Below are positions 9,801 through 18,658 of a stretch of 64,000 bases of DNA, piece by piece. The notes beneath the pieces are model-generated. The model did not search any database. It worked only from the letters and a program-made list of their open reading frames with translations, and was not told the DNA's origin. A program made the translations under genes and the position numbers. Origin of the DNA: a bacterium (lineage in GTDB: Bacteria > Zhuqueibacterota > Zhuqueibacteria > Residuimicrobiales > Krinioviventaceae); the NCBI GenBank assembly GCA_963674595.2, contig CAXXFV010000015.1:192001-256000 (forward strand), in the 5' to 3' direction. Within the stretch, counting starts at the first letter, position 1. The number at the start of each line of letters is the position of its first letter.

Positions 9801-10491
9801 TACTCCCATCAGGGGCTATTTTAAACAGGTAATTATAACTGGTTGTTATATAATTGTTCTCAACTTCACATGCACGACTAGGATGAAAATTAGTATAAGA
9901 ATCATCAATAGTAATACATTTATTACATTTCATTTCAATATTAAATTCTGAAGATATTTTTATTACATCATTACTGTAGATCGTCATCCAATCGTCGCAA
10001 TCGTGATAACTTGTATGTGAAGAGACCAAATATCCATTATCTTTGGTTTTAACGATTGAATTTGTCCATCCATACGGATTAAAATAATCGACATTTTTTG
10101 TGCAGGTCAGGTCATTATTATTAAACGATGCTTTAAAGGCTTTTTCCAGGTCAAATATAGCATATTCATCTGTACTGTGTTTTATGATTTTATTTATTCC
10201 TTTTAGATCAGTCCACTTATCATTGGTTTCGTTATAAATTTTAGAATAGGTCTTTAGCACATTTCCATTTAGGTCATACTTTTTTACTAATCCTTTGCTG
10301 TACTGGTCTTTTCCGTCCTGAAAACCGACAAGTATATTCTCCCCATCCAGTAAAATCGTATTGAATTTTACATTGTTGTTTTGATCACCGATATCAATGT
10401 TCTGCCATTTAATTTGAACATCTTTGGCGAATGTCGTTGATACGATTAAAGATAGAAAAATGATAATCTGCGGGAGTCGGATCATTTTCAT
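6865..10491 (-). CDS. 1208-aa secreted protein: N-terminal beta-propeller-like region, FN3, FG-GAP/VCBS repeats, FN3, type A T9SS CTD
   Basis: Signal peptide MKMIRLPQIII..TTFA. Repeated WGDYDNDGDLD motifs. VPVELTDF domain. ELCQNYPNPFNP...KKMLLLR CTD. ATG 10491 follows aagggg. Confidence 0.85.
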   Translation of the reverse strand: MKMIRLPQIIIFLSLIVSTTFAKDVQIKWQNIDIGDQNNNVKFNTILLDGENILVGFQDGKDQYSKGLVKKYDLNGNVLKTYSKIYNETNDKWTDLKGINKIIKHSTDEYAIFDLEKAFKASFNNNDLTCTKNVDYFNPYGWTNSIVKTKDNGYLVSSHTSYHDCDDWMTIYSNDVIKISSEFNIEMKCNKCITIDDSYTNFHPSRACEVENNYITTSYNYLFKIAPDGSTIWKKELIQDANKSTLYYIKKTTDQGYLVLGTVDATGLHFAKKYDKQDQLEYTKMFNFDINNINDMIQLEDQSWYLYGNAETINGTFCGWFAKVDKNWNMVWECHFDYFSGSNIYNVIPLQDNLFVACGSINDEEAWLVKFSLIDGKLSAPEPIEPVPNKIGTGMRTWLHWKAVDGADSYQLQVDSDADFSSPLLDRSGITSNRLLVQLTKENNTYNWRVRAKNSSYTSEWSAPQQFTTMEYPGIVIEKPTDFVLYKLDEKDHHFIDREYYISDLPSELENLIWIKTAMDYKTNTSNDCIKFYLEQGQKVYIAFQEGTGQVPDWLRLSFNKTYLTIQDIGLNNNKGTYTIYEKYYEKGFQTLGGPRAPGAYNIYGMYLIAFENKLFSESNTEDYNITWVHSNSIWGDYDNDGDLDNFTNDYTQYNGTYVPAREPSNTLYINDIFFKRSDYYVSFEGYRYCDRLTWADDNKDGLLDLIAINYNNYVPSLIYLNNGDGTFTCFKDPDYPEKNNLKVWGDYDNDGDMDYAMLNDAVYRNDGNDLFTKTNIDLTEANRACWGDYNSDGYLDLLISGPETNNSKILKNQTNGTFYPINLQLFKTYKTGSVCWGDADNDGDLDILTHENIFQNLGNDSFKLFSSHYHIYQATWGDFDNNGVLDILPTEYDTYPFLIYRNNCMVINEKPSAPTNLSANAKNSTVTLSWNRAADDKTPAAGLTYNIYVGTKPGTCNIVAPESDMVTGYRRKVKMGNVNHNIQWPIHNLDPGTYYWSVQAVDAAYAGSKFAPEQSFIINSVVPVELTDFQAKFVKGQVQLSWATVTETNNYGFDIEQKIDDIWQKIGFVEGNSTTTSTHHYQFDCHINSSTPNLEYRLKQIDFDGSCTYSQIVSIENNVPKKFELCQNYPNPFNPTTTINYSLAKDGWVTLTIYNPLGEQVKTLVSKQQSAGQYQISFDAGNMSSGMYFYQLKTGSFTDLKKMLLLR

Positions 10492-11210
10492 TTTTAACCC
10501 CTTTTTTTTGAGTTTGTTTTTTATAAAATAATGGAGCCAGATTTTTCCTGGGAGAATTTTTAGGTGAATTTTTTTCTGCAAACAAGTTTGTGCGCTCTAA
10601 AATACAGTCGTTATTAATGGCTTTAAACACAACTAACGTTGAGAGGAATAAAGTCAATGAAACATATTCCACTGGGTACCCTGTTTTGAAATGTAATATT
10701 AAAAGTTAATTTATTTAATTATAAATATTAAGCTTTTAGTATTTATAAATTACCCTGTTCAATTTAATCTGGAATTGATATTTTTAAACCCGTGAGCACA
10801 TTTCTGTGCCGATGCCTGTCCCAATTAAGATGCCCAGTTCAAGTATGTTAATTTTTTTTAAAAAAAGCAAGTGAAAAGTAGGTTTTGTGAGTTTTTTAAT
10901 TTTTGATTATAAAAATGTTGTTAAATTGTTAAAAATGATATTGTATTCTCAAATAATTTTAGTAAATTAATATTATATCAAGCAAAAGTGACCATATTTC
11001 TACAATGTTATTGGTTTACAAAACCCTCCTATAAAAACTTGGTTTGATATATATTTTTTTATTAAAGTAAAACATACTGTTTCCTGCAAGTATATATTCC
11101 GATTTATTATAACTCGGAACACCTGTTCCCGGCCTGTTTTATATTTACTTGAAATTTTTTACGGATACAATTAATTTCAATTTTGGTTTTACAAAAGATT
11201 CAAAGCTGAA

Positions 11211-12278
11211 ATGAAAAAACGTAACTTAATTATTGATGTGGCAAAAGGGATTAGCATCATTCTGGTTGCTTTTAATCATACGTAACTGGCATATCTGCTA
11301 CCCGGTGTCAGCTCTAAAATGGGTTTGTTTAGAATGCCGTTGTTTTTTTTCCTGTCTGGTGTTTTTTTTAATGCTTCCTTAAAACCTGGTAAATTCATCT
11401 TAAAAAAGACGGACCAATTATTAAAACCTTATTTTGTTACATTATTTTTGCTTTTATTTTTATCCATATTGGCCGGAGAGAGTAATATAAATCAACAGGC
11501 AATCGGTATATTATATGGAACCGGTCATACTATTCGGTGGACGCCCATGTGGTTTTTACCCCATTTGTGGTGTCTTTTTATTTTTTCTTATATTTTATAC
11601 CATACTTTAAAAACAGATGATTGGCCTGTTTTTTTTAAAATTATACTTGTTTTATTGCTTCTATTGGCAGGCTCTCTTTTTATAATCAAATTTTGGCATT
11701 ATCAGGGGGATATTGGCGGGAACAAATTTCGATTACATGGTTTACCGTTTAGTGTTGATTTCTTATTATTAAGTGCGGCTTATTTTTTAAGCGGTCATTT
11801 TCTTAAAATGAGAATTATTTCCTTTAAACCCCAATTTGTGATTTTATTATTATCTCTTTTAATATTTTTCCCCATAGCCTTGCTGACAGATACCAGAATA
11901 GATTTGAATTCAAGATTGTATGCTGGCCCTGTATTGGCGACATGTGCAGCGATTTGTGGTATTTATATTATCTTGTCGTTATCTTTTTTTATATGCAAAT
12001 ATGAATTGTTAAAAAAGGTGTTTGTTGCATTTGGCTCGGCGAGTTTGTTTATATTGATTTTTCATTATTATATCAGTGGAAAAGCGGATGACTTTTTTCG
12101 TCTGCTAATGCATGGCAGATACCCATTTTTATCTGCTGCCATTGAGTTTATTGCCTGCATTACGCTTCCGTTACTGGTAAGAAAGATTATATTAACAAAT
12201 GAATTTTTTAAACTTTTTTATTTCCCACTAAAGGATAATAAACTCATCCTTCGGATTCGTAAGGCAGGCAGCAAATAG
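11211..12278 (+). pseudogene. Acyltransferase family 3 (OafA/OpgC-like membrane O-acyltransferase); in-frame TAA at 11283-11285
   Basis: MKKRNLIIDVAKGISIILVAFNH (the R..D..KG..LV..H N-terminal signature) is in frame with downstream FRMPLFFFLSG and WFL. Multi-TM. Confidence 0.8.
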
Positions 12279-12297
12279 TTTTTAAATGATCGGAAGA

Positions 12298-13647
12298 TTA
12301 GTTTTTAGGTCTTACGCGCCATGTAAACGCCAGTAAAATAATTGACATGAGCGTGCAACCCAAAATTGCAAATATCACCAAATTCCAGCTTGTTTCTTTT
12401 CCGTAGGTTTGTCCGTAATGTTCAGCTATCCATCCGAAACCTTTGGCCTGAACAGTACGTCCCATATATCCAAATAAACCGATAAAGCCTGCTGCTGTAC
12501 CGACAGCTTTTTTGGAGGTCAAATCCAGACCCGACACACCGAGCAGCATAACCGGCGGGTAAACAAAAAAACCGACAATCGCTAAAAAAGTCATATCCAG
12601 CCAAAGACGTCCTGGAGGATTTATATAAATTCCGAAAAAAGCGGCGAAAATCGGCAGCATACACAACAAACTGACCATCCCACGGCGGCCGCCGAATTTA
12701 TCTGAAATCCAGCCCATCAGTATTGTGGATGGAATTCCGCCAAATTCTATCATTAGAATAGCAATACCGCCGCCGGTTAAAGTGGCGCCTTTCATTTCAC
12801 GTAAATAGGTCGGGCCCCAGTCCAGCATGCTGTAACGAACAATATAAACAAAAAAGTTTGCTATGGCAAAAATCCATAAATATTTGTTTTTAAAAATATA
12901 CTCGACAAAAAGTTCCCGGGTGGACAGCTCTTTTTCAGGTTCTTCGATAGAAGAGTTTGCCGGATAGTCATTTTTATATTTTTCAATGGGCGGCAGACCA
13001 ACCGATTGGGGTGTATCTTTTAATCTCAGGAACAGGTAAACCGAACCGATTAAGGCAATAGTCCCGGGAAAATAAAATGCAGCCTGCCATCCAAAATGAG
13101 ACGCTGCATAGGCTGCTAAAATACCGGCAATGCCTCCGCCAATGTTATGCGCCACGTTCCATATTGCAAAAATAGAACCTCGTTCCTTGAGGCTGAACCA
13201 GTGACCGATGGACCTGCCGCATGGAGGCCAACCCATACCTTGAATAAAACCGTTTAATGCCCATAGAAAAAAGTGAATATTGTAATCAGCAACACCACCA
13301 AAAGCAAAGTTACAAAAAGCAGTCAGCGCCAGGCCGATAGCCATGAATTTTTTCGGATTACTTCGATCCGATAAGGAACCCATTAAAAATTTACCCAAAC
13401 CATAAGAGATGGCCGAAACAGCGAGAATGCTTCCGATCATGTTATGGTCATAGTGCAAGGCGCCTTCAATGTCTTTGGCTACGGTGGACAGATTGTTGCG
13501 AACCAGGTAAAAGGTTGCATAACCAATAAAAGTAGATTCCAGCGTACTCCACCGATATTTTTTGTAAAGTTTGTTTACTTTTGCTTCCGGGACCGGTTCA
13601 ATCGCCGGTGCCGGTTTGAAAAAATTGATAATTTTACGAAATACCAC
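12298..13647 (-). CDS. MFS organophosphate:Pi antiporter (GlpT/PgtP family)
   Basis: FKPAP, GYATFYLVRNN, QGMGWPPC, WNVAHNIGG, LKDTPQSVGLPPIE, VYIVRY..LDWGP. Confidence 0.92.
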   Translation of the reverse strand: MVFRKIINFFKPAPAIEPVPEAKVNKLYKKYRWSTLESTFIGYATFYLVRNNLSTVAKDIEGALHYDHNMIGSILAVSAISYGLGKFLMGSLSDRSNPKKFMAIGLALTAFCNFAFGGVADYNIHFFLWALNGFIQGMGWPPCGRSIGHWFSLKERGSIFAIWNVAHNIGGGIAGILAAYAASHFGWQAAFYFPGTIALIGSVYLFLRLKDTPQSVGLPPIEKYKNDYPANSSIEEPEKELSTRELFVEYIFKNKYLWIFAIANFFVYIVRYSMLDWGPTYLREMKGATLTGGGIAILMIEFGGIPSTILMGWISDKFGGRRGMVSLLCMLPIFAAFFGIYINPPGRLWLDMTFLAIVGFFVYPPVMLLGVSGLDLTSKKAVGTAAGFIGLFGYMGRTVQAKGFGWIAEHYGQTYGKETSWNLVIFAILGCTLMSIILLAFTWRVRPKN

Positions 13648-13836
13648 GGACCAATTCCTCTAAATGTGTCATTTTATTTTTTATTTATCAAATACCATAT
13701 TTAAAAATATAATATATATTTTACATAAACCCAAAATATTAAATGATTTTTAATAACAGAATGTGAATGGTGAGTTAGGATTGATAAGGGTATTATAACG
13801 GGATGGGCAAAACCAAATTATATAGTTTGTACGCCG

Positions 13837-14049
13837 CTATCTGTTTCTCACAAACCAGATAAAAATCAAATACAAAAACCAGACAATGACAAAAAGTTTC
13901 ATGCCGGACCAGATTGTTTTTCCACTTTGCTGCATGGATTCTTTAAAAGCACCTTCTTTGAACAACTCACCTTGCATCAACAAAGACACAAGTTTAGATA
14001 CTATAATCAGGAAAAATAATAGAAAAAGCAGAAGAAAAAAAACGCGCAT
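13837..14049 (-). CDS. Small two-TM membrane protein
   Basis: 70 aa with two hydrophobic helices. Start overlaps the upstream stop (TAATG). Confidence 0.6.
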   Translation of the reverse strand: MRVFFLLLFLLFFLIIVSKLVSLLMQGELFKEGAFKESMQQSGKTIWSGMKLFVIVWFLYLIFIWFVRNR

Positions 14050-15179
14050 TATCTTGATTTCATTTTTATAACAAAATGCTGGAAAACAATTAATATTAAT
14101 ACAAGAACCAGAGCATAAATATAGGAAAATTTCATATTATCCGCAAGAAAAGTAAGGTTGACGAGTTGCGGTCCTAGTAAAAACCCCGTACCAATGGCAG
14201 CTTCGTTGACGGCAATGTTCCTAACTGATTGTGAAGGATGTGACAAGCTGTGGAAAATAGAGCAAAAGAAAAAATAAGAACTATACAAACCCAGAAAAAC
14301 GGCAGCGATAAAAAGCCATGCCGGGCTAGACGCATAAAAAAGTAATAACAAACCGATGATTGCGGTTACATTTGATAACGGTAAAAGATAGGGATGATAC
14401 ATCCAGTTTTTACTTTTTTTCAGAAATAGTACAAAGAATGCCTGCACCGTACTGTGAGTAAAGATAACCATGCCTTTTAAGGCCGGCCGCATGGCAAATA
14501 ATTCTGACTGTTTGGGGTAAACGGTAAAAAACAGTGCCAGTACAATGCCTCCGAACAGGTTGCTTGCCCATCCGGCCAGTGCAAGGTCGGGTTTGTTTTC
14601 AAAATGTGTATCGGCTTTTGCTGTGGATTTTTCATCAGATTGGTGTAAGATAAAAATGGCTGCAATTGAGACCATAACAGAGAGTATTGCGGCACATAAA
14701 TAGGCGTTGTCCCATGTCAAATATTCCCGAATCCAACCGCTGACAAAGGGACCTAATGCAAATCCTATACTCCAGGAAAAAATATAGTAACTAACAGATG
14801 TTGTCAGGGGCTTGTTGCTGTTTTTATCCATGTTTTTCATAAATGCCTGAAAGGCGTTAAAAAACATGGATGTCCCCAAAGGAAAAATACAATAAATAAA
14901 AACACTCAGGTAGATATTGTTGTTTAGTGCCAAAATTGTACACAAAATAGCTAAATAAAATCCGGATAAAATTATTTCAAGTTTGGCAAGGTGGATTTTT
15001 ACAATTTTTCCCATTAAAAATGAAAAAATAATATATCCGAAACCATAAGCAGTGATAAGAAGGGATATTGTTTTAACACTTGCATTGTTTTCAACTGCCC
15101 GCATCGGTCCGATGAAAAGGGCCATTCCGAGAATAAGGTCAACGACTAATGGAAAAGAGTAAGCAAAGATTTGTCTCAA
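14049..15179 (-). CDS. Major facilitator superfamily transporter
   Basis: About 11-12 TM segments. SWSIGFALGPFVSG and GTGFLLGP motifs. TTG start. Confidence 0.75.
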   Translation of the reverse strand: MRQIFAYSFPLVVDLILGMALFIGPMRAVENNASVKTISLLITAYGFGYIIFSFLMGKIVKIHLAKLEIILSGFYLAILCTILALNNNIYLSVFIYCIFPLGTSMFFNAFQAFMKNMDKNSNKPLTTSVSYYIFSWSIGFALGPFVSGWIREYLTWDNAYLCAAILSVMVSIAAIFILHQSDEKSTAKADTHFENKPDLALAGWASNLFGGIVLALFFTVYPKQSELFAMRPALKGMVIFTHSTVQAFFVLFLKKSKNWMYHPYLLPLSNVTAIIGLLLLFYASSPAWLFIAAVFLGLYSSYFFFCSIFHSLSHPSQSVRNIAVNEAAIGTGFLLGPQLVNLTFLADNMKFSYIYALVLVLILIVFQHFVIKMKSR

Positions 15180-15242
15180 GATTTTACCTGGTATAGTATG
15201 GAAATAATTTCAGTTGTTAGTATTCCCCTGATCGATCTAAAT

Positions 15243-16226
15243 TTATGAATTTCGGTTTTGAATTGTAGTTAACAGATATTTTAAATAGTGGGATGATTCA
15301 TTTTCCGGCAACTGATTTACCATCTCTTCTGCTTCTTTTAATGATATATTTATTTCATCTTTTGCTTTGACAATGGTGCCGTTTTGTTGAAAGAGATCAA
15401 TAACAGTCTTTATATCATCTGTTGTTATGCCATCTTTAGTTAAAATATCAGACAAAATTTTTCTTGTCGGTTTGTCGGCTGTTTCCATAGCATGAACAAC
15501 CATAAATGTTTTTTTGTTTTCTTCCAGATCACTGCCGATATCTTTACCTAAAATGTTTTCATCGGCAATAATGTCCAGTAAATCATCCTGAATTTGAAAC
15601 GCCCGTCCTAATTTAAGGCCATAATTTTGCATAGCATTTATATGTTCCGGAGTACCGCCGCCGAGTCGTGCGCCCACTTCACAGGCAATGGAAAACAAAC
15701 AAGCGGTTTTTTTATCAATCATATCAAAGTATTCCTGTAAAGAAACCGAACCTCTCGTTTCAAACTCTTTGTCCAGTGTTTGGCCTTCACAAACTTTGAG
15801 AATGCTGTAAGAAAAGTCCTGAATTACTCTTGAAAGGTCATTCGTTGCAATTTTTGCCAATGAGGCATACGCAATAACCAACAAAGCATCGCCGGCTAAA
15901 ATGGCTACGTTTTCATCCCAATGTTTATACACTGTTTCTTTGCCTCTGCGTAACTCGTCGTGATCCATAATGTCGTCGTGAACGAGGGTAAAATTGTGGA
16001 CGATTTCGAGAGCGACCGCCGCATCCAACGCATCCTGAGGATTACCGCCGACTGCTTCGCAGGTAAGGAGCATCAAACAAGGCCTGATTTGTTTTCCACC
16101 GGCTGTAACGGCATAACGCATCGGTTCATATAATGTTTGCGGGTCTTTTTGGTTTAAAAGCCCCAGCATTTTTTCTGTGACCATTTGGCGATATGATGCC
16201 AGTCTTTTTTCAAATTCTGCTTTCAA
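15243..16226 (-). CDS. Polyprenyl diphosphate synthase (GGPP synthase-like)
   Basis: GGKQIRP, FTLVHDDIMD..LRRG, EGQ.LD, KTA, FQIQDDLLD, GKDIGSDL. TTG at 16226 follows the SD aaagga. Confidence 0.93.
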   Translation of the reverse strand: MKAEFEKRLASYRQMVTEKMLGLLNQKDPQTLYEPMRYAVTAGGKQIRPCLMLLTCEAVGGNPQDALDAAVALEIVHNFTLVHDDIMDHDELRRGKETVYKHWDENVAILAGDALLVIAYASLAKIATNDLSRVIQDFSYSILKVCEGQTLDKEFETRGSVSLQEYFDMIDKKTACLFSIACEVGARLGGGTPEHINAMQNYGLKLGRAFQIQDDLLDIIADENILGKDIGSDLEENKKTFMVVHAMETADKPTRKILSDILTKDGITTDDIKTVIDLFQQNGTIVKAKDEINISLKEAEEMVNQLPENESSHYLKYLLTTIQNRNS

Positions 16227-16325
16227 ATAACTAGGTCCTTTACCAGATATTTTTATATAGATTGATAAAGTTTTGTAAAAAAATGTTTTGCGAAAAATAC
16301 AATAATAGGGGGAGAGAAGCAAGAT

Positions 16326-16356
16326 AAAAAAAGCCTTTATAATATTTTATAAAGGC
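16326..16356 (-). terminator. Intrinsic terminator after pentapeptide gene
   Basis: GCCTTTATAA-tatt-TTATAAAGGC, with a T7 run on the minus strand. Confidence 0.65.
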
Positions 16357-16369
16357 CTTTTTGTGGTAA

Positions 16370-16948
16370 TTAATCAGGTAAGCCCACCGTACCTTCTGTG
16401 ATTATATTCTCAAATTCTGTTTTATAAATAATAGCGTTTCGAAAAACAGCTTCTGTTAGGTTTGCATTTTTAAAAATAGCACCGGTCAGGTCACTTCGTT
16501 CCAGGTGAGCACTTTCCAGGTTGGTGTTGTTAAAGAGAGCCCCTTTTAGATTGGCGCGTTTTAAACGGCCCCGGATAATTTCGGAATGGCTCAGGTCACA
16601 ATTTTCCATACTCGAACCTAATAATGCGATATGATACATGTCGGCATTTTTAATACTGCAATTATCCAGATTACTGTCCTGAAGATTCGTTTCTTTCAAT
16701 ATGGCATGGTCCAGATTGGCATTGCTTAGGTTGCTGCCGAATAAAAAGGCAGATTCCAGATTCGTGTGTGAAAGGTTAGCGTTTTGCAGGTTGGCGTTTT
16801 GCAGGTGAGCATTTTGCATGTTTGATCCGGAAAAGTTGACCCCTCTCAGGTCTTCGTAGGATAAATCAATTTCTGAAAGATCAAATCCTTCTAATGATTT
16901 CCCTTCATTGATTTTAGATAATACCTCGGCTCGTGATAATTGGGACAT
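16370..16948 (-). CDS. Pentapeptide repeat protein
   Basis: Continuous A(N/D)LXX repeats (ANLQN ANLSH TNLES...). Confidence 0.93.
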   Translation of the reverse strand: MSQLSRAEVLSKINEGKSLEGFDLSEIDLSYEDLRGVNFSGSNMQNAHLQNANLQNANLSHTNLESAFLFGSNLSNANLDHAILKETNLQDSNLDNCSIKNADMYHIALLGSSMENCDLSHSEIIRGRLKRANLKGALFNNTNLESAHLERSDLTGAIFKNANLTEAVFRNAIIYKTEFENIITEGTVGLPD

Positions 16949-17066
16949 AATTACTCCTTCTCGTCCGGCGGTTGAGATTATTCTAAAAAATCAAACTTTT
17001 TTTATATAAAGAATTTTTCAGGTAAAAACAAGATTAATTTGAAAAATTTTTTTCAAATTGAATTTT

Positions 17067-17408
17067 TTATACTGTATAACTTTTTATTGCCTCTTCAAGT
17101 GTATCAAAATCCTGAAAGACGGAATCCAGTTTTGTTATTTTAATCGGGCGACGCAGTCGTTCGGACAGGTTTGCCAAACGGAGGTCTCCGTCACTGCTTC
17201 GCAGTGTTGTTAAAGCACTGATCAGCATGCCAAGACCGGAACTGTTCATCCAGTTAACTTGTGTCATGTCTACAATTACATTAACCATTTGTTTATGGAT
17301 CGCCTGATCAATGACTTTGCGAAACTCTTCTGCTGCTGTTCCCCCCATTAAATCTCCTTCAAGTTCCAGCACAAGAGTGTTTTCTATGGGTTTTTCAGTT
17401 ATTTGCAT
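17067..17408 (-). CDS. STAS-domain anti-sigma-factor antagonist (RsbV/SpoIIAA-like)
   Basis: LEGDL, VIVDM.QV.WMNSSGLGML (phosphorylatable Ser), GDLRLANL. ATG 17408 follows ggagg. Confidence 0.9.
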   Translation of the reverse strand: MQITEKPIENTLVLELEGDLMGGTAAEEFRKVIDQAIHKQMVNVIVDMTQVNWMNSSGLGMLISALTTLRSSDGDLRLANLSERLRRPIKITKLDSVFQDFDTLEEAIKSYTV

Positions 17409-17421
17409 GTTTCCTCCGATA

Positions 17422-18642
17422 CTATTCATATCTCAGTGCAACGATAGGATCAAGTTTAGCCGCTTTTGTTGCCGGGTAAACACCAAAAATAAGGCCGACG
17501 GCTGAGCAAAAAATAAGGCCTAAAAAGACTGTCCAGACGGGTACGGCGGCTGGTATGGGCGTAACTAAATCGACAAGCTTGCCTATACCAAGCCCCAAAA
17601 GAATACCAATAACGCCTCCAAACTCACTTAACACAATAGCCTCGATAAGAAATTGCCATAAAATATCTCTTCTTTTGGCCCCGATTGATTTGCGGATGCC
17701 GATTTCTCTGGTACGTTCCGTAACGGAAACGAGCATAATATTCATAATTCCAACACCGGCAACAACCAGCGCAATGGACGCAATAGCAATGGCAACAATA
17801 CGTACATATTTTGTCATGTTGTCAAAGAAATCCATAAATTGGTCGTTTGTACGGATTTCAAAGTCGTTTTCTTTGCCGGGCGCAACCTTTCGCACAGCCC
17901 TTAATATACCGATCACCTGGTCCATCGCTGCCTGGTATTGTTCGGTGCTTGCGGCCCTTACGGTAATGTTAACGGACCGATGTTTTCCGTATAGTTTTTC
18001 AAATCGTGAAATGGGAATAACAACCCGGTTGTCACGGGTGTTTCCAAAAATACTGCCTGTTTTTGCTAAAATACCGACAACTTCAAAGCGTTCACCTTCA
18101 ATTTTAATATCTTTGCCTATTGGATCTTCATAAGGAAAAAGTCGTTCGACTATTTCCAAACCAATGACGGCTATTCGTCGGCTGAAATCAACGTCCTGAT
18201 TTGTTATAAAACGCCCCTCGCCAATTTCATAACTATTATGTTGTAAAAATTCCGGTGTGCCGCCTGCAACGGGAATAGTCGGCATAGTTTTTTTATCTTT
18301 ATAACGAATTTCCTGTCCAAAAGTCCACACTTCAGCACCAACCTCTGATGTTGCTGTTGCATTTTTTCTTACAGCGGAAGCTTCTTCAACAGTGAGGTCT
18401 TTTCGATTTCTGTATTTTGACCAGTCCCCTCCACCTACGGATGGGAATTTTTGTACCTGAAAAACATTGGCGGCCAGGATGTTGGATTGTTCTTTAATAC
18501 TGTTTCGTAATCCGGTAATGAGGGATTGCATAGCGATGATTGTCATGACGCCAATGATTATACCCAGCAGTGTCAATGCAGAACGCATTTTGTTGGTACG
18601 AATAGCATTTAAAGCAATGTCAAAACTTTCTATAATATACAC
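17422..18642 (-). CDS. MacB/YknZ-type ABC transporter permease
   Basis: RSALTLLGIIIG, GIMNIMLVSVTERTREIGIRK, YPA.KAAKLDPIVALRYE. Confidence 0.93.
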   Translation of the reverse strand: MYIIESFDIALNAIRTNKMRSALTLLGIIIGVMTIIAMQSLITGLRNSIKEQSNILAANVFQVQKFPSVGGGDWSKYRNRKDLTVEEASAVRKNATATSEVGAEVWTFGQEIRYKDKKTMPTIPVAGGTPEFLQHNSYEIGEGRFITNQDVDFSRRIAVIGLEIVERLFPYEDPIGKDIKIEGERFEVVGILAKTGSIFGNTRDNRVVIPISRFEKLYGKHRSVNITVRAASTEQYQAAMDQVIGILRAVRKVAPGKENDFEIRTNDQFMDFFDNMTKYVRIVAIAIASIALVVAGVGIMNIMLVSVTERTREIGIRKSIGAKRRDILWQFLIEAIVLSEFGGVIGILLGLGIGKLVDLVTPIPAAVPVWTVFLGLIFCSAVGLIFGVYPATKAAKLDPIVALRYE

Positions 18643-18658
18643 TATTTATATCCTTTTG

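Noticed and set aside
6865-10491. Diversity-generating retroelement target
   Set aside because: No reverse transcriptase and no near-identical template/variable repeat pair seen in the window.
4247-11285. Genome-wide reassignment of TAA as a sense codon
   Set aside because: TAA ends many intact genes at the expected family C-terminus (pfp, peroxidase, TBDR, PorV-like, GH38).
16370-16948. Qnr/MfpA quinolone-resistance protein
   Set aside because: Only the generic pentapeptide repeat is visible; nothing specific supports that function.
17555-18133. 192-aa plus-strand ORF and other antisense or nested ORFs in the track (e.g. 41199-41666, 41823-42239, 1996-2400)
   Set aside because: They are shadows of well-supported genes on the opposite strand or another frame, with no recognisable motifs.
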